From a virus: a stretch of 64,000 nt of DNA. Within the stretch, counting starts at the first letter, position 1. Each line of letters starts with the position of its first letter. The notes below the pieces were generated by a model. The model was not told the DNA's origin and did no database searches. It saw nothing but the letters and a program-made list of their open reading frames with translations. Both the position numbers and the translations under genes were made by a program. Positions 48,998 to 59,570 of the stretch are shown one piece after another. The DNA lies in the UHGV virus genome UHGV-0060643. One strand, given 5' to 3'.

Positions 48998-49043
48998 AAG
49001 TACCTACCTCCTTTACGGAGGTAGGTAAACTTATTTTTTTTTC
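48998..49043. terminator. bidirectional intrinsic terminator (ACCTACCTCC stem family)
   Basis: tacctacctcc tttac ggaggtaggta with T-tracts both sides; near-identical to 25299..25348. Confidence 0.65.
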
Positions 49044-49919
49044 TTAACGAAGCTGATTGGCCATCTGCTCGTCGGACACAGAACGATAACCGCCAGCCGT
49101 AGCATCGACGTCTGGGTTGATACCGTCGGTCTGTTGAGACGGAGTGAGCCACAGTTTGCGCTCGTAAGGACGCAGACCGTACAGTTTCATACGTTCCAGT
49201 TCCTTCTGCGCTGCCTGCATCGGGCCCCAACCTGTCCATTGCTGGGAGGTAAAGGTGATGGACAGTTCGTTAGTTTGCGGACCAGTGTTCGGGTCACGTT
49301 CACCGATATCCTGACCGTTAGACTCAGGAGCCATGTTGGTCAGCCACCATGCGTTCTGCGGTTTACGCTGATACGCATCCGGTTCGAAGTACAGCACAGT
49401 CATGCTATACATATCCGGCAGGTGGTCAGGAACGTTCGGGTTGATTGCCGCCAGACCAGGGTGGCCTGTGTGCGGGTCACAAACACCGTATACCAGCCAC
49501 GCCCAGAGCATGTTCTGATACACTTTACCCAGTTTATCCGGGGTAGTGTGCGTAACAGAAGACAGAGCTTCCGTTACCAGACCAGCTTCATACTGGACGC
49601 GGTTGTTACGACCCTGTTGGGTCTGCACGTACTCAGCACTCAGGGATTTATCCAAACCGGTAATCGTGGTGTGAACCTCGATAAACGATTTGATTGCCTG
49701 ACGCCACAATTGTGGGTTCGGCATGTAATCAACCCAGCGAGGGAATTCCATCACACGGGCGATTACGTTACGACGCAGACGGTGGGCGTTGGTAACAAAC
49801 TTACCAACCTGTCCGACCGGACCGTTTTGACCCGAGCTGAACGGGTTGACCATGTCGTACTGACCACCGTCAACATGCAAGCCCTGGTCAGGTAAAATCA
49901 TGCGTTCTTTGATGGACAT
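49044..49919 (-). CDS. virion structural protein, tail tube-like by position (downstream of sheath-like gene)
   Basis: 291-aa ORF, ggagag RBS inside end of upstream gene; assignment by synteny and size only. Confidence 0.3.
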   Translation of the reverse strand: MSIKERMILPDQGLHVDGGQYDMVNPFSSGQNGPVGQVGKFVTNAHRLRRNVIARVMEFPRWVDYMPNPQLWRQAIKSFIEVHTTITGLDKSLSAEYVQTQQGRNNRVQYEAGLVTEALSSVTHTTPDKLGKVYQNMLWAWLVYGVCDPHTGHPGLAAINPNVPDHLPDMYSMTVLYFEPDAYQRKPQNAWWLTNMAPESNGQDIGERDPNTGPQTNELSITFTSQQWTGWGPMQAAQKELERMKLYGLRPYERKLWLTPSQQTDGINPDVDATAGGYRSVSDEQMANQLR

Positions 49920-49922
49920 CTA

Positions 49923-51980
49923 TTAGCTCTCCGTACTGTCGCGACGATAAACTTTGATCGTCGTGTTGAACTGCGTCAACAGTACACCGCCTTCAGCTTT
50001 AATGTCCAGCGTGATGGAATAGCCGTTAGCTTTGTCATCCGCTGTCATGTACGCACTCGGAGTAATGTTGGCAATACTATCCAGGCGACCTTCCAAACGC
50101 TCGGTGATTTTGTTCTCAATCATTTTCGCGCGTTCGTCGTCCGTCATACGGCTCTCACCGGACATATCTGCCCAAACTTGATCACTGACACGATAAACGT
50201 AGGTCATGATGAAGTTAAACAGTGCGTTATTCAGCACTGAACGTTCTTCGCTATAGATGGACTGAAGTGCTGGGATGAACAAACGATAGTAGTCGCGGGA
50301 ACGTGCAGTAACCAGTGACACATCCCAGTCGGATGCGTAAATCTCGTTACCTTTCCACGGCATACTCAGATCGTACAGATCTTCGATAATCGTCTCTTCA
50401 CCACGGCTGAAGCGATAAGCAGGTTTAGCGCGACCTTCACCGGAACCCAGATACTTCGAGAAGAAGTTCGCGATGCTGTAACACATCGGAACCGGTTTCT
50501 TGTAAGAGGAGTTACGGATGTAGGCGTCCTGACCACAAATCATCCCACGGCACGCTGGGGTACCGTAATAAGACGATTCAGGTACAGACGTGATCATTTC
50601 GATCAGCGCTGTCTTCACGTTCTCTTCCGTTTGCAGATCGTTACGACCTTGGTTGTAAACGTGAGTGCAAAGAGTCAGGAACGTGTTACGAGAACGACCG
50701 ATGAAGTTCGTCAGGGCTTTCTTGGTATCCATGCTGAAGCCGGAGTCCCAGAAGCAACCCAGAGAGTATTTCAGTTCGTTATCGTAGCGGACTTTACCAC
50801 CGTCCGGGAACAGAGACATTTCACGGCGAACCAGTTCGTCGTAAACATCGTTGTTCATGGTCCCGTTACTACCGCCTTGCAGGTAGTGGATATTCGAAGC
50901 AGAGAAAACAATTTTACCTACTTCTTCAGACGGGTTAACTTGTAAACCGTCGTAGAGCTGACCGGTTAAGTCAACGCCACCGAAAATATCGACCATATAC
51001 GGATCGGTAATTGCCGGTTTTGCGTTTTGAATCTTAGATTGGGCCAGTTTCAGCACCGTTTCCAGGTTTTCGCGGTAGATGTAAAACTCTTCGAACGGGC
51101 CGTAATCCGGCAGACCACCGATATCCGGCATCGTCTGACGATACGCATCTGGAACGACGACTTCGAAGTCCAGCTGGGTGCTCATCGGCTGATAGTATGC
51201 ATCGGGCTTGAAGCTAACATTGATGCTGCTAAGACCTTTGAGGGTCTTCCAAATCACCGGTGATGTTACCCCTGCTAAGGTCTCAAACCATTGCAGTGCG
51301 TACATACGTCCGCCTACATTCGTCTGATAAGCAGACGCAATAGACGGGCTGGATTTTTCGTTCAGCGGAACCAGTTTGAAACCAAATCCGTTGACATCAG
51401 CACCCGCGTACGGACCTTTGATATCAAAAATCGGATAGAGTTTTGATTTCGCCTGAGTCTCGGTATCAGTCATCGTACCTTCGGTGACGGTGCCCGCTTT
51501 TACGTTGCTGACATCTTCGATGACGGACAGTCGGAAGACGATTTTCAGACCGTCTACCTGTTCTCTGACTTTCGGCTTACCGCTTACGTCGTACTGAATC
51601 ACGCCGTTCACACGCTCATAAGCGGGAACTTTCGTTTCCAGTACGTCAGCAACCAGACGGATAGCTGCGGTTTTCGCATCATCCGGTACCAGGCGCTGAT
51701 ACATGCAATCGTTACCGTTAGCGTTGAACATCGCCTGGAAAGGTGTGTTAAACGTCGCGTAATCGCCACGCAGGTCGAACAGATCGCGACCAAGCAGAGA
51801 CAATGCATTATCCCCGGATAACGGGAACGCCTCGTCGTCTACCCCGCGTGAAGCAAAGGTGAAGATCAGCGGCTTATGAATCGGATCACCCGTGGGGGTC
51901 CGAACAAGCTCAGGGACAGAATTGTCCTGCCACCCCTGCTTGTTATTCAACGGCGCGCCGTTTCGTGGAATAAAACTCAT
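49923..51980 (-). CDS. major virion structural protein, tail sheath-like (major capsid not excluded)
   Basis: 685-aa ORF with RBS ggagacg, followed by coupled 291-aa gene as in myovirus sheath-tube pairs; size similar to phiKZ sheath; no motif confirmation. Confidence 0.35.
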   Translation of the reverse strand: MSFIPRNGAPLNNKQGWQDNSVPELVRTPTGDPIHKPLIFTFASRGVDDEAFPLSGDNALSLLGRDLFDLRGDYATFNTPFQAMFNANGNDCMYQRLVPDDAKTAAIRLVADVLETKVPAYERVNGVIQYDVSGKPKVREQVDGLKIVFRLSVIEDVSNVKAGTVTEGTMTDTETQAKSKLYPIFDIKGPYAGADVNGFGFKLVPLNEKSSPSIASAYQTNVGGRMYALQWFETLAGVTSPVIWKTLKGLSSINVSFKPDAYYQPMSTQLDFEVVVPDAYRQTMPDIGGLPDYGPFEEFYIYRENLETVLKLAQSKIQNAKPAITDPYMVDIFGGVDLTGQLYDGLQVNPSEEVGKIVFSASNIHYLQGGSNGTMNNDVYDELVRREMSLFPDGGKVRYDNELKYSLGCFWDSGFSMDTKKALTNFIGRSRNTFLTLCTHVYNQGRNDLQTEENVKTALIEMITSVPESSYYGTPACRGMICGQDAYIRNSSYKKPVPMCYSIANFFSKYLGSGEGRAKPAYRFSRGEETIIEDLYDLSMPWKGNEIYASDWDVSLVTARSRDYYRLFIPALQSIYSEERSVLNNALFNFIMTYVYRVSDQVWADMSGESRMTDDERAKMIENKITERLEGRLDSIANITPSAYMTADDKANGYSITLDIKAEGGVLLTQFNTTIKVYRRDSTES

Positions 51981-52042
51981 GGAACGTCTCCATATTCAGT
52001 CTTTAAGACCTTGAAAAAGGGTCATACTAAGGTATCATACTC

Positions 52043-52948
52043 ATGGCACTCAAAAACGCTTACAACGGCACTCCCTTTAATACCATAGACCTTACCCGCT
52101 TACACGCGGACTTGGAATTGGCTCGTAAGGTTAACCAAACTGTTGCTCAGTCTGAAGAAGTCCATTACGTTATCGAAACAGCCGATGTAAAACCGTTCCC
52201 GTTACCTATCGTCATTGGTGATGACGTGTACGTTGACGCACGAACTTTTACGACGCTCGATAAAAACGGCGAGTTAAAAATTCGTAACCCCATTGAGCAC
52301 CAATTACGTCTAGACGAAGCACGTTGGGAATTAGTGTGGAAACGGAACAATGATAAGCTCGGTGCGTTGATGGCCCGAATGTCTTATCACCATGAGATCT
52401 TCAGCAGGTGGATTAGCGATGCGATTGAACACACCTATGCACTTGCTCCATATCAAAGCGGTCAAGTCAAGGCACTCGCAGCGCTGTTTTCCGTAGGACA
52501 GTTCTATAACAACTTCGAAGATGAAGTAAAAATGCTGCGTATGCAGCAGCAGTTGGAACGTGAACTGCGACTTTCGCCACAGTTTTTCGAAACCGTCACC
52601 GGTAATACCGAGTTTCTGTTCCCGCGTAATATCGGTGAATTCGTTGAGATGGTTAAAGCAGCAGGCATCCCACGTCTTAATGAACTGAGCGTGGTTAGCT
52701 TGCAGTCAATGCTGGCGACCAGCTTAGGCAGCTACATCAGCTACGACCGCCAGTTGGTAACGAGCGCCATCGAATATCCGCCATCGCTGTTTGTGATTGT
52801 CCGCACCTGTTTAGAAAACTCGGTGTTCAACCGTTCACGTTTGGGTGGGCTGATTAAGAAATGTGACGTAGCAAAACGTAAAGATGCGTTTACCATCGCT
52901 TACGATACATTACTGAACCAGAATACCAAACCCTTAAATATCCAGTAA
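52043..52948 (+). CDS. hypothetical protein
   Basis: 301-aa ORF. Confidence 0.6.
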   Translation: MALKNAYNGTPFNTIDLTRLHADLELARKVNQTVAQSEEVHYVIETADVKPFPLPIVIGDDVYVDARTFTTLDKNGELKIRNPIEHQLRLDEARWELVWKRNNDKLGALMARMSYHHEIFSRWISDAIEHTYALAPYQSGQVKALAALFSVGQFYNNFEDEVKMLRMQQQLERELRLSPQFFETVTGNTEFLFPRNIGEFVEMVKAAGIPRLNELSVVSLQSMLATSLGSYISYDRQLVTSAIEYPPSLFVIVRTCLENSVFNRSRLGGLIKKCDVAKRKDAFTIAYDTLLNQNTKPLNIQ

Positions 52949-52958
52949 GAGGTCCACT

Positions 52959-55475
52959 ATGGAGAACTGGCTGGTCGCCCACGCCATCCAAAAAGCGTGG
53001 CAGCGTCCATATCTCGACGGGGTGTTGAACATTGCACCCTTCCGTCTTTCACCCAAGACCGGGGCGATCGGCTTTTTCAAACACGGTCGGACACCGGTAG
53101 CGCTACCGAAAGAAAATACCTGGTGGCACGCATTCGCTATTGATAAACTTCACGTAAACTGGGGGAACTTAGCCATCCCCCTAAACCGTTGGAAGAAGCT
53201 TTCAACGTGTGTGAACGGCTTCAGTACCTGGATGCTGGTCTACAACGAGAGCGGAGTTTCGATCCCCTCTGAGTACGTCTACTTTTACCGCACCAGCTCT
53301 GGGATGGTTTACATGGCTATCCCACAATCCGATCGCTATAGCTGGTTAGAAGAAGACATCTGCTACCTGCGAATTTATCCGGGTTACAGTGGGGGTGAAA
53401 ACGCACCGTATATTAACCCAACCACCGTTGAGTATTTCTCACCGCCTAACCGCGAACAGGTTCAGAGAGTCGTCGATCGGTATAACCTACTTAAGCAACA
53501 GAATAAAGGTTACGTTGAGTTCTGGTTAAACGGTGAATTAATCGACTCACCGAAAACGCAAGACATTAAAGTCTGGGACGACATCGACATTCGTGTTGAC
53601 GGTCGTGTACGCCGCATCGTTGAATTCCGTTGTGGCGACTTACCGACGTTTATGTCTACGCTCGACAGCAAGCGTAAGTATTTGCTCCACATTCCGAAAA
53701 AAGACGGGATTTGGATTTTCAACAACGACGCCGAAATTCAGCTGTTCTGGAAAGGTCGCGGTCGTTATTACCACCGTCATCGTCACCAGGCGATGCGTCA
53801 GCTAACGTGGAACGATTTGGCAATCCCGACTGAACGCATTGCGAAATACCGTAATGTCTTTAACGAGTCTATCACCGACTTAGATGAACTGGTCATTCGT
53901 CTTATTATCCGTGACGACTATCTGGACATTACGCCGCTGTATAACTCGTCCCACGTCCACGATTTGTATCGTCTCACTGACGAGCTGATTATCGACGCGA
54001 TGATTGGCGCTAACGCCAACGTAACGGAGTGGCAAGCGGCTAACTTAGAACAGGCTGCGTTTAACCGTTTGGCTGCGGCTAAGCTGGAAAACATTAACCG
54101 TGACCTGTGCACTGACGCTTACGGTTATAATGCCGTTACGCGTTACGCAGCTGACACACCGCAGCGCCTGACCTTAACCGAAGGTGGTTATCGTGCAACG
54201 CTCCCTGCGTTACTGGCGGTTAACTCCACCGTATACGAATACGACGGTGATGGTTTACTGTTAGAGGCGCATCAAAACACAGGTTATGACGTTTACCAAG
54301 CTCGTAATCCCAACGCACGCATTATCGAAGCGATTGCGGGGGCAAAAGACGACGCGGTGACCATTGTCGATAACGCCGATGACTTCGTGATTAACGAAGG
54401 TGAAAACGTTAACCTCTGGTTACGTAAAGTCATTGACGATATTCCTCGTGACGAGTATATCGAAGCGGTAGAAGGGACGGACTACGAACGGGACGGGAAC
54501 AAGATTACCTGGTCGGTAGACAGAACGCGACGTCATCCAACGGTGATTTACGACGACCGTCATCTGTTCTTCGAGACCACCTTTGCAGTACGGGAAGGGG
54601 AAATCCGTATTCCGATTATGGCACGTAACCAGGAAGGGAACCAGCGTACGCTGTGGATTCCGATGGAAACCGTTGAAGTGTGGTTAAACGGCCACCCGCT
54701 GGTACACGGTATCGACTATCACGTTATTTGGCCTGAAATCGTCGTGGTGTGTAAGTCCTGGGTAAGTGACGACGAAGACAACCATATCGCCGTACGCTGC
54801 CGTGGAGTAACGGGTATGCTGCGTATACCGAAACACGGGTTTGTCTCCAGTGGCTTACTGTCTAACAACAGCCAATTCGATTGTCGTGATGACAAAGTCA
54901 TTCGTGTTGTGGCTGGCGGTTCTTTACTGCTGCGTGATGAAGTGGTGTTCCGTGAAGACAACACCGTTGGGGTCAATATCGTTGACGACGGTTATCCGTA
55001 CTCGGTTGACGACCCGACTATCCCGTTACTGACGATGGTCACCGGGGACACGTACGAATTGCGTGACGTTGCCCGAGACCTGGACACGCGTGTTGAGAAT
55101 TACATGACACACTGGTTCCCAACACCACCGCCTGAAAACCCGGTACCGCTACCGCACTTATACCACCTGTATTCGCCGACACTGAACAAAATCATGTGGG
55201 ATTACCTAAACGGTATTTTAATCCTGCGAGAAGACGATCCTGACTACCGTATCTCAACGACTCAGTTGGATGAGATCATGGAACGTTACAAAGATCTGCT
55301 TCCCTTCGACCCGGCGTATATCGGCTACGATAAAGCGTTCGTCAAACTCCACCCACACGTCAAATACGAGACGGTGGAAATCAACGAACTCGGTTTTGCG
55401 TTCTTAGACCGCGTAAACGAACGGTACCTGAACGGTGAAGTTCAGCTGAACCAGTATCTGAAAATCAAGGGTTAA
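52959..55475 (+). CDS. large hypothetical protein (structural candidate)
   Basis: 838-aa ORF, RBS aagagg. Confidence 0.7.
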   Translation: MENWLVAHAIQKAWQRPYLDGVLNIAPFRLSPKTGAIGFFKHGRTPVALPKENTWWHAFAIDKLHVNWGNLAIPLNRWKKLSTCVNGFSTWMLVYNESGVSIPSEYVYFYRTSSGMVYMAIPQSDRYSWLEEDICYLRIYPGYSGGENAPYINPTTVEYFSPPNREQVQRVVDRYNLLKQQNKGYVEFWLNGELIDSPKTQDIKVWDDIDIRVDGRVRRIVEFRCGDLPTFMSTLDSKRKYLLHIPKKDGIWIFNNDAEIQLFWKGRGRYYHRHRHQAMRQLTWNDLAIPTERIAKYRNVFNESITDLDELVIRLIIRDDYLDITPLYNSSHVHDLYRLTDELIIDAMIGANANVTEWQAANLEQAAFNRLAAAKLENINRDLCTDAYGYNAVTRYAADTPQRLTLTEGGYRATLPALLAVNSTVYEYDGDGLLLEAHQNTGYDVYQARNPNARIIEAIAGAKDDAVTIVDNADDFVINEGENVNLWLRKVIDDIPRDEYIEAVEGTDYERDGNKITWSVDRTRRHPTVIYDDRHLFFETTFAVREGEIRIPIMARNQEGNQRTLWIPMETVEVWLNGHPLVHGIDYHVIWPEIVVVCKSWVSDDEDNHIAVRCRGVTGMLRIPKHGFVSSGLLSNNSQFDCRDDKVIRVVAGGSLLLRDEVVFREDNTVGVNIVDDGYPYSVDDPTIPLLTMVTGDTYELRDVARDLDTRVENYMTHWFPTPPPENPVPLPHLYHLYSPTLNKIMWDYLNGILILREDDPDYRISTTQLDEIMERYKDLLPFDPAYIGYDKAFVKLHPHVKYETVEINELGFAFLDRVNERYLNGEVQLNQYLKIKG

Positions 55476-55477
55476 TC

Positions 55478-57118
55478 ATGGCCTTAACAACTGACATTAT
55501 CAACAAGGATCGCGGTTTCCGTGTATGGCGTCCTGAGGAGCTTTACGCGGCGGAACGACCTACCGGTTACGTACCGAACCCGAAAGATCTGATCGTTAAC
55601 GATATCACCTCTGGTTTTGATATCGTCGTAAGCGTTAACTACGCGAAACCCTCGTGGGAAACTGAACCGTGGGGTGGGGTGGGTGTTGCCAACCAGGACG
55701 GACGTCTGAATGGCCACTACCCATTACGAAGTGACAAATACCGTGTCTACGTGGACAGTTCAAAACTGCCTGCAACGATGGTCTTGGATAACGCGTTGAC
55801 GTTTGAAGGACCTGACGTAGACGGTGTACGTGTCTTCCGTGGGAGCACCGTAGATGACCACGCAGAAATCCTGTCGGGGTATTACAAAGACGGTAAACTC
55901 AAATACACGTACCTGCCCGTACAGACCATCTCGGTGGAAGGCGCTGAACGTGTTGTTAAACAAACGCTACCTGGCGCGTGCTTAGCCGACGTTGAGAACG
56001 GTGAAGCGTGTATGTTTGCCGTGTACTCGGACGTAGGTAACGTGGTACAAATCGGCCATGCCCACATCATCAAAACCAACCTGGTGATGGCACAGGAAAC
56101 ACCGGCTCGTACAGTATTGGGCATTAAGCTGGTTTCTCCGTTCTTGGTGGACAACGACGGTACCACGCTGACACTGCCTATCAACATGCCTATCGACTCT
56201 ATTCCGTTGTGGTGTGATGTGATTTACAGTGACGGTACCAAACGTTTACCGATAGACCAGGCGCGTGTGAAATTCAACGGTTTACGTAACGCCGGTTCTC
56301 ATGACACCTTCTACATCGCGTCTAACGCCGGTAACAGTCTCCCTTGCGTACTGAGTTACAAACTCTCGAAAGGGGAAACTTACGGTGGTACGGATATCGT
56401 TGGTGACACCATCGTGAAGAACTACACCGCTGTCACCGAACAGGTTGATGGGGCTTACTCCATGAAACTGTTTGTGGTACCGAGATGGTTGGATGCTACC
56501 CGTGGTTATCGTCTGGACTTCCTGTTGTATAACCTGACGCGTGGTAAGGTTTACGATGCAACAGCACACGTCAACTACACAACGGGCACCACGTTTGACC
56601 CGCTATTGATGGGTGTGAAACAGCGTCTAAACGTCCAGGTTGACATCAGCAAGGTAGACAGTAAGTTCCGTGCGTTTATCCAGTCGCAGTCCTTTGCGAT
56701 TACACTGGTAAATCCAGGTAACGAACTGAACACCAACTTCATTCTGGAGTATCTGCCTGACGGTGAGAAATACGGTGAAAACGTATGGGCGGAATTCAAA
56801 TACTCCAACGTTAACTACTCGGAAATCGACGTCAGTAACAAAGTCAGCTCGAAAGCAGAGTGGCTTAAACTGCTGTACGAACCGATTTATCCGTTGTACG
56901 ATCGCCGTAACGAATCGGAACCGCCTGAACCTACCCATTTCGAAATTCACGTTGGGGGTAAAGTTTACACCTACAGCGTGGACGAGTGGTTAGATAAGAA
57001 AGTTATCGATTACCGCGTCCCGTTAGACGCACCGTTGGTGATCCGTTGGATTCGTCGTACTCCAACCGATACGCTTAACCTTGCAGCGTCACCGATGCTT
57101 GCGCATCACATCGAATAA
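55478..57118 (+). CDS. hypothetical protein (structural candidate)
   Basis: 546-aa ORF, RBS aagg. Confidence 0.7.
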   Translation: MALTTDIINKDRGFRVWRPEELYAAERPTGYVPNPKDLIVNDITSGFDIVVSVNYAKPSWETEPWGGVGVANQDGRLNGHYPLRSDKYRVYVDSSKLPATMVLDNALTFEGPDVDGVRVFRGSTVDDHAEILSGYYKDGKLKYTYLPVQTISVEGAERVVKQTLPGACLADVENGEACMFAVYSDVGNVVQIGHAHIIKTNLVMAQETPARTVLGIKLVSPFLVDNDGTTLTLPINMPIDSIPLWCDVIYSDGTKRLPIDQARVKFNGLRNAGSHDTFYIASNAGNSLPCVLSYKLSKGETYGGTDIVGDTIVKNYTAVTEQVDGAYSMKLFVVPRWLDATRGYRLDFLLYNLTRGKVYDATAHVNYTTGTTFDPLLMGVKQRLNVQVDISKVDSKFRAFIQSQSFAITLVNPGNELNTNFILEYLPDGEKYGENVWAEFKYSNVNYSEIDVSNKVSSKAEWLKLLYEPIYPLYDRRNESEPPEPTHFEIHVGGKVYTYSVDEWLDKKVIDYRVPLDAPLVIRWIRRTPTDTLNLAASPMLAHHIE

Positions 57119-57128
57119 AAAATAAAAG

Positions 57129-57154
57129 ACCTCCTACCCGCAAGGGTAGGAGGT
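57129..57154 (+). other. GC-rich hairpin without U-tract upstream of terminase RBS
   Basis: acctcctaccc gcaa gggtaggaggt perfect inverted repeat followed by aggag and ATG 57166. Confidence 0.5.
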
Positions 57155-57165
57155 TAGGAGTCTGT

Positions 57166-59274
57166 ATGATACTACGTGAATCGGACTGGCGTTATTATCC
57201 AGGCGCTATTGTTGACGATAAAACAACAAACAAATCCTTTATCAAGTTTGCTAACTTACTGAAAAAACTGGGTGTCAAACACTGGTATATTCACCTGGCG
57301 TTGCATAACCCACTGTTGCAGGGCGTAGACCCGTTCGATGAAAACCTTTCAGAACAGATGAAGGCATACATCGCCATCGAATGTGCTGAGAACCCGTGGT
57401 ACTGGTTCAGGGAATGTGTCAGGGTGCCTGCGGACGGTATGAAGTACGGTTCCCCGTTCCGTATCGACCGTGGTAACTTCTCGATGTACTGGATTTTCTT
57501 TAACAACATCGACGTTGCTGTCGAGTTCTTGCGTCAGCACGGTAAAACCGTCGGGATGAGTGGTTTACTGCTGTGGTTGATTCGTTTCTTAGAAAACTCC
57601 CGAACAATTCTTATCACAAAAGGCCCGGCACTGCGTGAAGAAACTATCAACAAACTGAAACAACTTCGTAACGGTTTACCGAGTTACCTCTGGCCAGCGC
57701 ATCCTGATGACCCAGATAACCGAGAAACCTTTGCGTGTTTAGCTCAGGGTAATAAACTGATTACAGGTATCGGCCAAAACGACCCAGAGTCCGCTAACGG
57801 TATCGGTCGTGGACTTACTGCTGGTCGTCTGTTCTCGGACGAAGGCCCCTTTACCAAAAACGTACACCACATTCTACCGGCAGCGCTGGCATCCGGTACA
57901 GCGGCACGTCGTATTAACGAAGCGGAAGGTGTTCCTTACGGTAACGTATTCGCAACAACCCCTGGTGACTTAGCGACGGAAGAAGGCAAGTACATGTACG
58001 AGCTGATGACGTCAGGGATTATGTGGGATGAGCGCTATATCGACATTCCAACCCGTAAACAGCTCATTGACATCATCCGTTCTAACTCCACGGCAGAAGT
58101 CCCACGTATCATGTTCTACGTGAAGTACAACCACCGTCAGCTCGGGACCACAGATGAACAGTTAGCGGCAATGATTGCGAACGCCAAAGGTACCCCTGAC
58201 CAGATCCGTCGTGACTTCGGTGGCGAATGGACGACCGGTGGTCTGAACAAGCCGTTCTCAGCGGAAGATGCAGATCGTATGAATGCTTCACGAATGCGTG
58301 CAGTGTTCAAAGATATCTCGCCACAAAACTACGTTACCGACTGGTACTACACCGAAGAAGAAATGATGATGAAACTCAAAGATCGTCATGTCATCGGTTT
58401 GGATACCTCCGAAGCCGTAGGTCGAGATGCGATCGCCATGTCCATCGTCAACTCAGTCACGGCCGAGTACGCCGGTAAGCTTACCGTTAATGAATCCAAC
58501 GTTATTTCGTTCGCGATCCATTTAGCGGATTTTATGGTGCGATATCCGAACACGGTACTGATTCTGGAACGACGCTCAACAGGCTCATCCGTTGCAGATG
58601 CGGTTATCCTGCAATTGCAATCACGGGTACCCGATTTACACCGTCGTTTGTTTGTGCGAATCACCCAGGACTACTCGCGTACGGACGATCTCTACAAAGA
58701 GTATCACCGTGGCCCAGTGGGGAGCGCAGAGAAATTCTGGAATAAATTCCGCAAATACATCGGGTTCTCAACCGACCAGGAGAAACGTCGTAAACTGTAC
58801 GGTGAGGTATTCACCACCGCGTTGCGCTTGTCTGCCGATAAACTCCGTTGTGGAGAGCTCATCGACCAAATTCTTAACCTCGTGGAGAAAAATGGTCGTA
58901 TCGACCACAAAGCATCCGGTCACGATGACCTTGTGATTTCTTGGTTACTTGCGATGTGGTTATTGCTACTTGGGAATAACTTAGGACATTACGAGATCAA
59001 CAACAGCCGATTGATGATGCGTAATCGTAACTTGGCAGAAAACCGGGAAGGGGTGGACGAAGAGTTACAGCTCGAAGAGGAAGCGCGACAGCAAAAACTG
59101 ATGGGGGAAATTGAGCAGTTAGTGAGAACGACTCACGGGTTACTCGACCCGGTTCAAGCAATGGCCGCTCGTAACCGACTTCAGGCCCTCATCTCTCAAC
59201 TTAACACTGATACACAAAACGTGGCGTCAATGGAAAGCTTGAGAGAGCTTCTCCAACGCCAGAGGATGAAGTGA
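57166..59274 (+). CDS. terminase large subunit (T4 gp17-like)
   Basis: deviant Walker A LRQHGKT (T4 gp17 SRQLGKT) and C-terminal nuclease motif GHDDLVISWLLAMWLL (T4 YHDDLVMSLVIFGWL). Confidence 0.8.
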   Translation: MILRESDWRYYPGAIVDDKTTNKSFIKFANLLKKLGVKHWYIHLALHNPLLQGVDPFDENLSEQMKAYIAIECAENPWYWFRECVRVPADGMKYGSPFRIDRGNFSMYWIFFNNIDVAVEFLRQHGKTVGMSGLLLWLIRFLENSRTILITKGPALREETINKLKQLRNGLPSYLWPAHPDDPDNRETFACLAQGNKLITGIGQNDPESANGIGRGLTAGRLFSDEGPFTKNVHHILPAALASGTAARRINEAEGVPYGNVFATTPGDLATEEGKYMYELMTSGIMWDERYIDIPTRKQLIDIIRSNSTAEVPRIMFYVKYNHRQLGTTDEQLAAMIANAKGTPDQIRRDFGGEWTTGGLNKPFSAEDADRMNASRMRAVFKDISPQNYVTDWYYTEEEMMMKLKDRHVIGLDTSEAVGRDAIAMSIVNSVTAEYAGKLTVNESNVISFAIHLADFMVRYPNTVLILERRSTGSSVADAVILQLQSRVPDLHRRLFVRITQDYSRTDDLYKEYHRGPVGSAEKFWNKFRKYIGFSTDQEKRRKLYGEVFTTALRLSADKLRCGELIDQILNLVEKNGRIDHKASGHDDLVISWLLAMWLLLLGNNLGHYEINNSRLMMRNRNLAENREGVDEELQLEEEARQQKLMGEIEQLVRTTHGLLDPVQAMAARNRLQALISQLNTDTQNVASMESLRELLQRQRMK

Positions 59275-59510
59275 TGGCTCCAATTTACTATTTGCTCGTG
59301 TTCTTTTCGTGGATCGCGACGTACAAAATGATTAGACACAGTTACCAATCGATAGAACGATACGGTGCATCGCACGGTGTGTGTCATCGTACGACGCGGT
59401 ATGCGCAGGCGGTAGCAGTATTCGGATTAATGGTGGCAGGGACATCAACGACTTACGCTCTAAACTTGGTGTACACCATCCACCTATTAGCGGTATCCGG
59501 GGCCCATTGA
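59271..59510 (+). CDS. small membrane protein (two predicted TM helices)
   Basis: 79-aa ORF with ATGA overlap to terminase stop; hydrophobic segments YYLLVFFSWIA and AVFGLMVAG. Confidence 0.4.
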   Translation: MMAPIYYLLVFFSWIATYKMIRHSYQSIERYGASHGVCHRTTRYAQAVAVFGLMVAGTSTTYALNLVYTIHLLAVSGAH

Positions 59511-59527
59511 AGCCTTTTAAAATAAAC

Positions 59528-59570
59528 TAGCCTGAGACCCACCGGGGTCTCAGGCTAACTCTTTTTTTAT
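59528..59570. terminator. bidirectional intrinsic terminator
   Basis: agcctgagaccc ... gggtctcaggct 12-bp stem followed by ctcttttttt. Confidence 0.65.
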
